A DNA stretch of 32,807 bases from a virus (IMGVR_UViG_3300020043_001882:1-32807), one strand, 5' to 3'. Shown: positions 8,849 to 17,375, numbered from the stretch's first letter. Numbers and translations: made by a program. The notes: generated by a model not told the origin, from the sequence alone.

Positions 8849-9578
8849 TCTTCAATTGCGTGTTGACGCTGACTTCTATGCTTACCGCGCTTGTCAATCG
8901 GCTGAAACTGAACTTGATTGGGGGGATGACCTCATCACCATTGCTAGTAACTTCCGAGTTGTCCTCGACATCTTTGAAGGGGAACTCAACAACCTCCGAT
9001 CACGGTTCGACACCGACTGGGTCACGCTCTATTTCTCAGACACCAACAACTTCCGTAAGACTGTATGTCCCGACTACAAGGGAAAACGCACTAAAAGGAA
9101 ACCTGTGGGCTACCGGAGACTCCTAGACTGGTGCTCTAAACATTATAAGGTAGTTCGCTACAAGAACATTGAAGCTGATGATGCTCTTGGTTTAGAGTGT
9201 CATCTTGATCCTCGTGAGTTCATCCTTGTCTCTCCTGATAAGGATATGAAACAGATCTCCTGTCGCCTGTTTAATGGTGATAAGGAATTTGATGTGACTC
9301 CTGAGGAAGCTGACTATTGGTTCTGGACCCAATGTCTTACAGGAGATCCTGTGGATGGGTATAAAGGTGTTCCTGGTATCGGCGGTGTTGGAGCAAAGAA
9401 GATCCTTGACGCAGCAGGGGACAACCCTTGGGATGCCATTGTTGCTTCCTATGTCAAGGCAGGGCAGACCGAAGAAGACGCCCTCCGCAATGCGAGACTG
9501 GCACGTATCCTTCGACCTGGAGAATACAACTCAACAACGAAGGAACCAATCCTATGGACACCACCTTTATTGGAATAG
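8733..9578 (+). CDS. gp6: 5'-3' exonuclease (T7 gp6-like); start uncertain (ATG 8733 or TTG 8856)
   Basis: VDADF, NFRK...PDYKGKR, EADDALG, SPDKDMKQI, GDPVDGYKGVPGIG. Confidence 0.95.
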   Translation: MTSNSNLNGQSSKQVNTTNSKSPSPRKQKAASRGRTATDLQLRVDADFYAYRACQSAETELDWGDDLITIASNFRVVLDIFEGELNNLRSRFDTDWVTLYFSDTNNFRKTVCPDYKGKRTKRKPVGYRRLLDWCSKHYKVVRYKNIEADDALGLECHLDPREFILVSPDKDMKQISCRLFNGDKEFDVTPEEADYWFWTQCLTGDPVDGYKGVPGIGGVGAKKILDAAGDNPWDAIVASYVKAGQTEEDALRNARLARILRPGEYNSTTKEPILWTPPLLE

Positions 9579-9826
9579 ACCTTGGCTTACTGTTGGCCAT
9601 CATCTATATCCTTGAACCTAACCTTCCGTACTATCTTAAGCTAAAGATAAGTGAACAATTTATCAACAGCAGATTACTTATCTATCAAGGAGTATTTAGA
9701 ATCCGACTTTGGTATGACAAACAATCGCTACGACCGGGACCAGTGGGACGATTTCTACGGGACCAGCAGCTCAGAGGAATCCGAAACAACCCAGCCTACA
9801 AAGAATTCTTCCGTGACGAAGTATGA
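9554..9826 (+). CDS. Hypothetical protein with N-terminal hydrophobic segment
   Basis: ATG at 9554 (MDTTFIGIDLGLLLAIIYILEP...) overlaps the exonuclease end; 90 aa. Confidence 0.55.
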   Translation: MDTTFIGIDLGLLLAIIYILEPNLPYYLKLKISEQFINSRLLIYQGVFRIRLWYDKQSLRPGPVGRFLRDQQLRGIRNNPAYKEFFRDEV

Positions 9827-10031
9827 CCCCCAACATTATCAGCGTGGACGTATCCAGGTTTGGGATTTTATTGTGGATCAGCAGCTGGATTTTCTGGCTG
9901 GCAATGTCATTAAGTATATCTGCCGTGCTGGCCACAAAGATCAGGAGTCTGAGATCGACGATTGGCTCAAAGTCAAAGCTTACGTTGACCGCAAAATCAA
10001 AGCACTAACCACCAATGACAACAACTCCTAA
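9651..10031 (+). CDS. DUF3310 / T7 gp1.7-like putative nucleotide kinase; start may be ATG 9713 or GTG 9813
   Basis: PQHYQRGRIQVWDFI...FLAGNVIKYICRAGHK...DWLKVKAY signature. Confidence 0.85.
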   Translation: MNNLSTADYLSIKEYLESDFGMTNNRYDRDQWDDFYGTSSSEESETTQPTKNSSVTKYDPQHYQRGRIQVWDFIVDQQLDFLAGNVIKYICRAGHKDQESEIDDWLKVKAYVDRKIKALTTNDNNS

Positions 10032-10395
10032 GTATCTAATGGAGCAGGCGTTTGTCTTCCGACTTACTGCTGAACAATCCATTGATCCAGATGATGAGAT
10101 GGTTCAAGAAATGCAAATGACTCTCATACGAGAGGAATTTAATGAACTTCTTGAGGCACACATCAATGAGGATACATATGAGGATCAGATCCACACCTTA
10201 AAGGAACTTGCTGATCTTGTTTTTGTTTGTTACCAATATGCCGTTGCTCGCGGCTGGAACCTAGACATTGCCCTCAAGCGGGTCTTTGAGTCCAACATGA
10301 GCAAGTTCGTAGACGGGAAGCCCCTCCGCCGCGAAGATGGTAAGATACTCAAGGGGCCCAACTACCAACCACCATTTCTTGACGACCTCGTATGA
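10015..10395 (+). CDS. MazG-like / HisE-like all-alpha NTP pyrophosphohydrolase
   Basis: LIREEFNE...LKELADLVFVCY...VFESNMSK...REDGKILKGPNYQPP. Confidence 0.9.
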   Translation: MTTTPKYLMEQAFVFRLTAEQSIDPDDEMVQEMQMTLIREEFNELLEAHINEDTYEDQIHTLKELADLVFVCYQYAVARGWNLDIALKRVFESNMSKFVDGKPLRREDGKILKGPNYQPPFLDDLV

Positions 10396-11825
10396 CTGCC
10401 TTCGCTGACCTTGGAGACACCCCCAACACCATTGCCCGTACCGGACGTGTTCAAAACTGGATCGACAACCCAGAGTCCCGCCTCCCTGTGTCCTGCACCG
10501 TCTTCGTTGTTGAGGACAGCATGGAGGGACCAGAAGGAATCGAAGCCTCTTGGCGCTTTGTCTCCCACGCTCTCCGCAACGGAGCTGGAGTTGCTGTCCA
10601 CCTATCTAAACTGCGCCCACGAGGCAGCGAAAATGGACGAGGACTCATGGCGTCTGGCCCTGTGTCGTTTGCCCGCATCTACTCAACCCTCAACGAAACC
10701 CTGAGGCGTGGTGGTGTTTACAAGAATGGTGCTGTTGTGTGCCACCTTGACTACACCCACCCTGATGCTATTGAGTTTATTAAAGCCAGTCGTTCTGACT
10801 TGTCTTGGGTAAAGCGTTGCCTTAATGTGGACCCTGGTTTCCTTACCAGTGCTCCGCCTGAGTTGATTGAAGCAACCCTTGATGGGATTAAAAAGGGTGA
10901 CATTTGGCTTAACAAGATCCGCTATGACGCAGAAGGTAATCGTATTTATGGAAATGTCTGCCTTGAAGTTTATCTTCCTAGCCGTGGCACTTGCCTTCTT
11001 CAGCACGTCAATTTGGGTGCTTGTAAGTTTGAAGACCTCACCCCTGCCTTTGTAGAAGGAATGGCTTCTCTTGTTAATCTTCATGCCCGTACTGGTGTTG
11101 GAGAAACAGGAGAGTACCTTTCCCCTGAGGTGGATAAGCAGGTTGGCTTGGGTGTGCTTGGGTTGGCTAATTTCCTTTGTCAAAACAAAGTAACCTACAA
11201 ACAATTCGGAGAAGCCCTAGATGCTTACCTCTCGCACCAACCCACACATACACCGGCATATATCCTTGTCTCGGAGCTTGCCAAGTCGATCGAAATCGCT
11301 GCTCAAATTGCACGTCAAGCGGGCATGTCTAGGGCCTTTGCCATTGCTCCTACCGCTTCTTGTAGTTACAACAACATTGATCTTCGGGGCTACACTACCA
11401 CTCCTGAGTTGGCTCCTCCTATTAGCCGCCACGTTGACCGCGACTCTGGCACATTTGGAGTTCAGTCATATGACTACCCGCCGGATGTCGAAATCGCGTC
11501 GGAAGTAGGGTGGCATGATTACCGTAAGGTAGTTGATGGGGTGGTTACCTTGTTCCGATCCACAATGCTATTTCATGGATACTCCTTTAATAGCTGGTCT
11601 GATGTGGTGACGTATGATCGTGAATTTCTAAGGGAATGGATGGCATCCTCTCAAACCTCCCTTTACTACGCTCTTCAGGTCATGCCTGATACTCAAGCAA
11701 AGGATGATGCCCTTGCTGCGCTTGATGATGACTTTAAGGATCTATTCTCCTTTGAGGAGGAAGATTGCGGCTGTCCTGTTTCCACACCAACCGACGATAA
11801 CATTTGTATTCCCTGCGGAGAATAA
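10392..11825 (+). CDS. nrdA: Ribonucleotide reductase alpha subunit, compact cyanopodovirus class I type
   Basis: PVSCT, GNVCLE (NxCxE), GTCLL, APTAS, LYY radical-transfer tyrosines, C-terminal CIPC; no ATP cone. Confidence 0.95.
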   Translation: MTAFADLGDTPNTIARTGRVQNWIDNPESRLPVSCTVFVVEDSMEGPEGIEASWRFVSHALRNGAGVAVHLSKLRPRGSENGRGLMASGPVSFARIYSTLNETLRRGGVYKNGAVVCHLDYTHPDAIEFIKASRSDLSWVKRCLNVDPGFLTSAPPELIEATLDGIKKGDIWLNKIRYDAEGNRIYGNVCLEVYLPSRGTCLLQHVNLGACKFEDLTPAFVEGMASLVNLHARTGVGETGEYLSPEVDKQVGLGVLGLANFLCQNKVTYKQFGEALDAYLSHQPTHTPAYILVSELAKSIEIAAQIARQAGMSRAFAIAPTASCSYNNIDLRGYTTTPELAPPISRHVDRDSGTFGVQSYDYPPDVEIASEVGWHDYRKVVDGVVTLFRSTMLFHGYSFNSWSDVVTYDREFLREWMASSQTSLYYALQVMPDTQAKDDALAALDDDFKDLFSFEEEDCGCPVSTPTDDNICIPCGE

Positions 11826-12556
11826 TGAACGCAACTCTTTCCCCCTACGATCAAGTAATTTCAAGAAAAAGAAAGTGGACTCCGGTTGCTGTTCAGAAGG
11901 GGAAACTCGTTGATGGGGCTGAGGATGCGCTTTACCGCGCCCTTGGCCTTCGTCATCTTGAACTGCCGGTACGAGAGTTCCTACAACAGGGACTCGATAA
12001 AGAACTACCTAATACTCCTGGTGTTAGGGAAGCTCTAATGTCTAATCAAATGGATGAAGAGAGGCATGATCAAGCCCTTAACTATGTAGTGGCTGCTCAT
12101 GGTTCAAATGAAAAGTTTGAATCAGAAGCTAAGCACATTCTTAAGGCGTGGCTGGATGCCCCTGAACATCCCCTCCTAAAAGCCGCTATCCTTGAACGCA
12201 GTGTCTTCTTCGTCATCCTCCCGTTCTTCCGATTCAATGGAGACATCGGAATCCGCACCACCGCAGCCGACATCAGCCGCGATGAGCAGTGTCACGTTGC
12301 CATCCACTCGATGGTCTGCTCCGAGTTGGGCCTCAAGTCCACACCAAGCCTCAATCGACTTCGTAGAGCGACTGTGGGATGGGTAGTTGATGGGCTTGGT
12401 AAATCTGAAAGCAAGTATCTTGATAAGGATTTCTGGTTGGCTCAATCAGATTCCCTCTATGCTAAAGGCAAAGCGCCAGGTTTAAAGGATACACAACGTA
12501 GTAGATTTCCTGCGTTCTTTGAGGCATCAAACAACGACCTTCCACAATATGGCTGA
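11825..12556 (+). CDS. nrdB: Ferritin-like ribonucleotide reductase beta subunit
   Basis: TAATG-coupled to alpha; metal ligands E(LPV), DEERH, E(RSVFF), DEQCH; C-terminal Tyr (LPQYG). Confidence 0.85.
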   Translation: MNATLSPYDQVISRKRKWTPVAVQKGKLVDGAEDALYRALGLRHLELPVREFLQQGLDKELPNTPGVREALMSNQMDEERHDQALNYVVAAHGSNEKFESEAKHILKAWLDAPEHPLLKAAILERSVFFVILPFFRFNGDIGIRTTAADISRDEQCHVAIHSMVCSELGLKSTPSLNRLRRATVGWVVDGLGKSESKYLDKDFWLAQSDSLYAKGKAPGLKDTQRSRFPAFFEASNNDLPQYG

Positions 12557-12752
12557 CGCCTACTTTGACACCGAAACCATTCCTCTTACCAGCGTGATTG
12601 GTGGGAGGATTGATCTTAACACTCTTATTGAAGAACTAGATCGCATGTATCCAGATAACTATCCAGACCACGAAATGAAACCGTGGGAAGCTGGACGTAT
12701 GGCTGGAGTGATTGAAGTGATTCGATTCCTTAAATCAAAACGAAAGCTTTAG
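12549..12752 (+). CDS. Small hypothetical protein (T7 gp6.5 position)
   Basis: ATG at 12549 is in frame with ORF 12519..12752; ELDRMYP...AGVIEVIRFLK; synteny. Confidence 0.75.
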   Translation: MADAYFDTETIPLTSVIGGRIDLNTLIEELDRMYPDNYPDHEMKPWEAGRMAGVIEVIRFLKSKRKL

Positions 12753-12756
12753 ACTC

Positions 12757-12990
12757 ATGTGTCTTTCTCCTAAAATGCCGAAGATGCCGGAACCCACTCC
12801 GCCTCCGCCTCCGGCTCCTGTTAATGTGACTGCTGATTCCCAACCCCAAACTATCAAAACGTCTATGTCGAAGCGCGGGGCAATGCGTAAGGCAAGCCAG
12901 GGTCCTTCTAGTTTGAACATCCCCCTTGGTGGGGCCGGAGCTGCTACTGCTCCAACTCCTTCTCTCACTAATCTTAGTATTGGTAAATAA
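12757..12990 (+). CDS. Small virion protein, T7 gp6.7-like
   Basis: MCLSPKMPK N-terminus, Pro-rich, directly upstream of the portal. Confidence 0.75.
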   Translation: MCLSPKMPKMPEPTPPPPPAPVNVTADSQPQTIKTSMSKRGAMRKASQGPSSLNIPLGGAGAATAPTPSLTNLSIGK

Positions 12991-12993
12991 CAA

Positions 12994-14646
12994 ATGGAAA
13001 ATCAATCTGCCGCAAGTCGTTACGCAAAGTTGGCAAGCGACAGAACGATCTTTCTCGATACTGCTAGGGATTGTGCGGCCCTTTCTGTTCCTTATCTCCT
13101 GACTCCTACGGGGGTTGTTAATGGACAGAAGCTGCCCACTCCTTGGCAATCCATGGGCGCTAAAGGCGTTAACGTCATGGCATCTAAGCTGATGCTAAGT
13201 TTGTTCCCTGTGAATGCAACTTTCTTCAAGCTTCAGATTAATGATGGTAAGCTTAGCTTGGACCCCGAATTAAGTGCTGCTGTTAAATCAGAGATTGACA
13301 TTTCCCTTTCCAAGATGGAACGGGTGGTCATGCAAAACATTGCCGAATCACAGGATCGAGTTATCCTTCACCAGGCAATGAAGCACTTGATTGTAACCGG
13401 AAATGCTCTGGTATACATGGGTTCAAGTGGTGTTAAACTTTATCCTCTTGACCGTTTTGTGGTCGTCCGTGATGGAGAGGGTAATCCCACCGAGGTCGTT
13501 ACTGTTGAATCAATTGACCGTCAATTCCTTCCCGCTGAGTTTCAAACAGAAGCAATCAGGAATGTCAATGATGTAGCTGATAATACTAGTGCTCCTAGTG
13601 TTGATGTTACCGTTGGCGAGAATGAAGTTGCTGTTTATACTTGGGCCAAGCTCAAGGATGGGCAGTGGCGTTGGCGTCAAGAAGCCGAAGGGAAAGTTCT
13701 TCCTGACTCCTTTGGTAAAGCCCCTAAGAATACAACGCCTTGGCTTCCTCTCCGCTTTAATGTCGTGGACGGGGAAGACTATGGACGGGGACGTATTGAA
13801 GAATACCTGGGTGATCTGAGGTCCCTTGAGGGGCTGATGCAAGCCATGGTGGAAGGTTCTGCTGCCGCTGCCAAGGTAGTATTCCTCGTGAGCCCCGCCG
13901 CTACTGTGAAGCCCTCTACGCTTGCTAAGGCAGGCAATGGAGCCATCATTCAGGGACGTGCGGAGGACGTGACTGCTGTTCAGGTGAGCAAGCAGGCTGA
14001 CTTCTCTTCTGCTTATCAGATGATCCAGTCCCTCACCCAGCGACTGTCGGAGGCATTTCTGATCCTGTCCGTACGTCAAAGCGAACGTACCACCGCAGAA
14101 GAGATCCGTGCTACCCAACAGGAACTTAATGAGCAACTTGGGGGAATCTATGGTAACCTTACCGTAGAGCTGGTTCGCCCGTACCTCCAACGGAAACTCT
14201 TTACCCTTCAACGTTCCAAAGATCTTCCACAACTGCCTAAGGGTATTGTGTCCCCAACCATCATTGCTGGCCTTGAGGGTATTGGCCGAGGGCAAGATCG
14301 TGAATCTCTCATGATGTTCCTTCAGACAATCTCGCAAGCCCTTGGTCCTGAGGCAATGGCCCAGTACATTGATCCAGAGGAAGCTGTTAAGCGTCTTGCT
14401 GCTGCTCAAGGTATCGACACCCTCAAGCTAGTCAAGACTGCTGAGATGCGTCAACAAGAACAACAGAAGGCCATGCAAATGAACATGTCCACCAGTCTTG
14501 TTGGTCAAGCAGGTCAACTTGCTAAGGCTCCTATGATGGATCCAACCAAAAACCCTGATTCTATCGAAGCACTTCAAAATGTCGTCAATTCCGCCTCGCA
14601 AGCAACCGGTCAACAAACCCAGCAACCAGGACAACCTTCCCAGTGA
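12994..14646 (+). CDS. gp8: Head-to-tail connector (portal)
   Basis: QSMGAKGVNVMASKLMLSLFP, GEDYGRG, RTTAEEIR, LGGIY; 550 aa. Confidence 0.98.
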   Translation: MENQSAASRYAKLASDRTIFLDTARDCAALSVPYLLTPTGVVNGQKLPTPWQSMGAKGVNVMASKLMLSLFPVNATFFKLQINDGKLSLDPELSAAVKSEIDISLSKMERVVMQNIAESQDRVILHQAMKHLIVTGNALVYMGSSGVKLYPLDRFVVVRDGEGNPTEVVTVESIDRQFLPAEFQTEAIRNVNDVADNTSAPSVDVTVGENEVAVYTWAKLKDGQWRWRQEAEGKVLPDSFGKAPKNTTPWLPLRFNVVDGEDYGRGRIEEYLGDLRSLEGLMQAMVEGSAAAAKVVFLVSPAATVKPSTLAKAGNGAIIQGRAEDVTAVQVSKQADFSSAYQMIQSLTQRLSEAFLILSVRQSERTTAEEIRATQQELNEQLGGIYGNLTVELVRPYLQRKLFTLQRSKDLPQLPKGIVSPTIIAGLEGIGRGQDRESLMMFLQTISQALGPEAMAQYIDPEEAVKRLAAAQGIDTLKLVKTAEMRQQEQQKAMQMNMSTSLVGQAGQLAKAPMMDPTKNPDSIEALQNVVNSASQATGQQTQQPGQPSQ

Positions 14647-14752
14647 TGTGGAGGAAGCCCCGGTAAAGATCACCCCAAAGGAGCAATTTAAATATGGTGA
14701 TGTAAAAGTCACCTCTCCTGGTGTTGGCCGTGTCTCTATTGTTATCCACTAA
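14579..14752 (+). CDS. 57-aa hypothetical protein between portal and scaffold (not in ORF track)
   Basis: MSSIPPRKQP...KVTSPGVGRVSIVIH*; overlaps the portal end by 68 nt and stops 3 nt before the scaffold ATG. Confidence 0.6.
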   Translation: MSSIPPRKQPVNKPSNQDNLPSDVEEAPVKITPKEQFKYGDVKVTSPGVGRVSIVIH

Positions 14753-14755
14753 ACC

Positions 14756-15607
14756 ATGTCTGAAATTGTTTTTGATGCTACGGATCCAGATGTTACGTCT
14801 GCCCGTGAAACCGAAGAGCTACGGCTCATTGAGCAAGGTAACCAGCTAATCGAAAAACAAGAAGCTGAGGTCGAAGAAAAGTATCGCCGCAGTCAACTTG
14901 AAGCAGAAGAACATTCTCAGTATGCTGGTAAATTTAAATCAGCAGAAGACCTTGAAAAGGCATACCTAGAACTTCAAAAGAAGCTAGGTCAGAAAGAAAC
15001 CGATGAGTCCTCTTCGACAGAAGAAACCGAGAGTGATGATGACGGAGACACTGAGGAACAAGAAACTGAAACCCCAGTAGCTAAACGTGTCAGCTTCCTC
15101 AAGGAGGCATCAGAGGAGTATTACTCTAATGATAATCAACTTAAGCCTGAAACAATCGAGAAGCTTAAGGGGATGCCTTCGGAAGAACTCATCGAAGCTT
15201 ATCTTGAACTACAAAAAAGTAATCCAACCGTCCAGTCACAGCCCCTTTCTGAGGATGCTGCTAAGGATATTGTTGCTTCTGTCGGGGGACAGGATGCTTA
15301 TAATGACACCCTAGCATGGGCAGCTGATAACCTCAAGCCTGAGGAAGTTGCTGCTTATGATAATGTTGTTAACAGCGGCAACAAGGATGCTATCTTCTTT
15401 GCTGTTCAAGCCCTCAATCAACGTTATAAGGATTCCGTTGGGTTTGAAGGTCAACAAGTGTCGGGCAAGGCACCGAAGAGTACGGTCAAAGGATTCCGTT
15501 CTAATGCTGAACTAGCAGCTGCTATCAGTGACAGGCGGTATCGTACGGACCCTGCTTATCGGTTTGATGTCGAACAAAAACTAGCCGCTTCTGGCGACTT
15601 GCTCTAA
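14756..15607 (+). CDS. gp9: Capsid assembly scaffolding protein
   Basis: AGKFKSAEDLEKAYLELQKKLG, VGGQDAY...WAADNL, DRRYRTDPAYR; acidic. Confidence 0.95.
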   Translation: MSEIVFDATDPDVTSARETEELRLIEQGNQLIEKQEAEVEEKYRRSQLEAEEHSQYAGKFKSAEDLEKAYLELQKKLGQKETDESSSTEETESDDDGDTEEQETETPVAKRVSFLKEASEEYYSNDNQLKPETIEKLKGMPSEELIEAYLELQKSNPTVQSQPLSEDAAKDIVASVGGQDAYNDTLAWAADNLKPEEVAAYDNVVNSGNKDAIFFAVQALNQRYKDSVGFEGQQVSGKAPKSTVKGFRSNAELAAAISDRRYRTDPAYRFDVEQKLAASGDLL

Positions 15608-15620
15608 TTGGTTCCCACTA

Positions 15621-15827
15621 ATGGCAACACGTAAACCCAAGTTGGCTCAATCTATGCCGATTGATCCACGTAAACATAAGGATGCCCAAAAGCAACAAAA
15701 GCTTTATAACAAGGGCAAAGGAACAGATAATCCTTACGAAAAGGAAATGTTCCTCAAGCGCAGTGGTCCTCAACTTCCCCTTGCCAAAAAGGCAACCAAA
15801 GGGAAAAGCAAAGGCAAACTCGCTTGA
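15621..15827 (+). CDS. Small Lys-rich hypothetical protein
   Basis: ATG 13 nt after the scaffold stop; 68 aa, very basic. Confidence 0.65.
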   Translation: MATRKPKLAQSMPIDPRKHKDAQKQQKLYNKGKGTDNPYEKEMFLKRSGPQLPLAKKATKGKSKGKLA

Positions 15828-15876
15828 TAATAAAGAAGGCGCCGTAAGCAATATAAAAGTTCTTTGCAATTAACTC

Positions 15877-16173
15877 ATGCTACCTCTTCTAACTACTCTG
15901 TCTGTTATCAGCTCTTGGTATGGTCCTGGCTTCCACGGAAACCTAACTGCCAATGGCGAACGATATAATCAAAACGGCCTTACGGCAGCGCACAAGACAC
16001 TACCCTTTGGAACACGCCTCAAGGTTTGTTTCGATAGGTGTGCCGTTGTTCGGGTCAATGATCGGGGTCCCTACGCTCATGGTAGGAGTCTTGATCTAAG
16101 TAAAGGTGCGGCTGACAAGATCGGTCTAACCGGCTCTGGAGTTGGTAGAGTAACCATTACTCGCCTTAATTAA
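15877..16173 (+). CDS. rlpA: RlpA-like double-psi beta-barrel (putative lytic transglycosylase)
   Basis: SWYGPGFHGNLTANGERY, TAAHKTLPFGT, VRVNDRGPY, LDLSKGAA. Confidence 0.95.
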   Translation: MLPLLTTLSVISSWYGPGFHGNLTANGERYNQNGLTAAHKTLPFGTRLKVCFDRCAVVRVNDRGPYAHGRSLDLSKGAADKIGLTGSGVGRVTITRLN

Positions 16174-16183
16174 CTTTTGGATT

Positions 16184-16212
16184 GGGGGCACCTCGGAGTA
16201 GGACCCCCTTTT
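16184..16212 (+). terminator. Hairpin with internal loop plus short U-tract after rlpA
   Basis: GGGGG-CA-CCT-cggagt-AGG-A-CCCCC followed by TTTT. Confidence 0.5.
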
Positions 16213-16251
16213 CTATTGTGGAGGGACCACATTAAAAACCCAACCGGTTGG

Positions 16252-16284
16252 AGTATTGGCCCGCTGCGGTGGACACCCAATACT
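16252..16284 (+). promoter_or_regulatory. Hairpin with cUGCGg loop in the capsid gene leader
   Basis: AGTATTGG/CCAATACT outer stem, C/ACAC internal loop, CCGC-tgcg-GTGG inner stem. Confidence 0.55.
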
Positions 16285-16355
16285 ACACATGTATTGCCTT
16301 ATCTTCAAATACAAGTACTTGTAATCGTTATAAATCCTTTTTATTCATTATCCTA

Positions 16356-17375
16356 ATGACTGCAACTGTATCTTATCTTGGCGAAGCTAATAAAGCTGGC
16401 GGCCAATCTCCTACTTACGCTCAGCGTACTAACCTCTTCCTGAAGCTCTTTACGGGCGAAGTCTACGAGGCTTTCCGTAACTCTACTATCGCAAAAGATC
16501 TGGTGATGAACCGGACCCTGCGCGGTGGCAAGCAAGCTCAATTCATTCATACCGGTCGTATTTCGGCTGGTTACCGCACCCCTGGTGTGCCTATCCTCGG
16601 TTCTGGCAACCCTCCGGCAGCCGAAACCACCATCGCGCTGGATGACCTGCTGGTGGCATCCGCCTTTGTGGATAACCTTGACGAGATCATGAGTCAGTAT
16701 GACATTCGTGGTCCCATCGCCCGTCAAATCGGCCAGAGCCTGGCTGAGTTCTATGATCGCCGTATCTTCCGCGTTCTGGATCGTGCCTCGGCTGCTTCGG
16801 CTGCTGTGACTGGTGAGCCTGGTGGTTTCCAAATCAACCTCGGTGCCAACAAAGAGTATGATGCTCAGGCCCTGGTTGATGGCTTCTTTGAAGCTGCTGC
16901 CCGTCTTGACGAAGTGGCTGCTCCTAAGGATGGCCGTGTGGCCGTGCTGAGCCCCCGTCAATACTATGCCCTGATCTCTCAGGTCGATACCAACATCCTC
17001 AACCGTGAGTATGGTGCTGCCGGTGGTAGCATGAACTCTGGTGATGGTCTCTATGAGATCGCTGGTATCTCCATCAAGAAGTCCAACAACATCCCCTTCC
17101 TTGGGAAGTATGGTTCGGCTTCTGGCGCTGCTATTGATGCTGCTGCCGTGACCGGTGAGAACAACAGCTATGGTGTGGCTACTGACTTCACCAACAGCTG
17201 CGGCCTGATCTTCCACCGTGACGCTGCTGGTGTCGTTGAGGCCATTGGCCCCAGCGTTCAGACCACTGGCGCTGACACGAAAGTGATCTACCAAGGCGAC
17301 GTGATTGTGGGCCGTCTGGCCTATGGTTGCGGTGCGGTGCGCGTCGGCGTTGCCGGTGCTTTCCGTAACGTTTGA
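16356..17375 (+). CDS. gp10: Major capsid protein (T7 gp10-like)
   Basis: LFLKLFTGEV, RTLRGGKQAQF, YDIRGPIARQIGQSLAEFYD; strong C/T third-position codon bias from ATG 16356. Confidence 0.98.
   Translation: MTATVSYLGEANKAGGQSPTYAQRTNLFLKLFTGEVYEAFRNSTIAKDLVMNRTLRGGKQAQFIHTGRISAGYRTPGVPILGSGNPPAAETTIALDDLLVASAFVDNLDEIMSQYDIRGPIARQIGQSLAEFYDRRIFRVLDRASAASAAVTGEPGGFQINLGANKEYDAQALVDGFFEAAARLDEVAAPKDGRVAVLSPRQYYALISQVDTNILNREYGAAGGSMNSGDGLYEIAGISIKKSNNIPFLGKYGSASGAAIDAAAVTGENNSYGVATDFTNSCGLIFHRDAAGVVEAIGPSVQTTGADTKVIYQGDVIVGRLAYGCGAVRVGVAGAFRNV

Noticed and set aside
10392-11825. Class II (B12-dependent) RNR call
   Set aside because: The YY pair and the coupled ferritin-like beta gene indicate class I.
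13510-14409. 299-aa minus-strand ORF
   Set aside because: Antisense shadow of the portal gene with no recognisable motifs.
15607-15621. ATTGGTTCCCACTAA as a Syn5-like phage promoter
   Set aside because: Only partial resemblance to the recalled Syn5 promoter, and no convincing second intergenic copy.
16310-16323. Palindrome as an NtcA box
   Set aside because: It reads TAC-N8-GTA, not the GTA-N8-TAC NtcA consensus.
16248-16355. 36-aa N-terminal extension of the capsid protein from TTG 16248
   Set aside because: It runs through hairpins and an AT-rich leader; capsid-like sequence and codon bias begin at ATG 16356.
16353-17294. 313-aa minus-strand ORF
   Set aside because: Antisense shadow of the codon-biased capsid gene.
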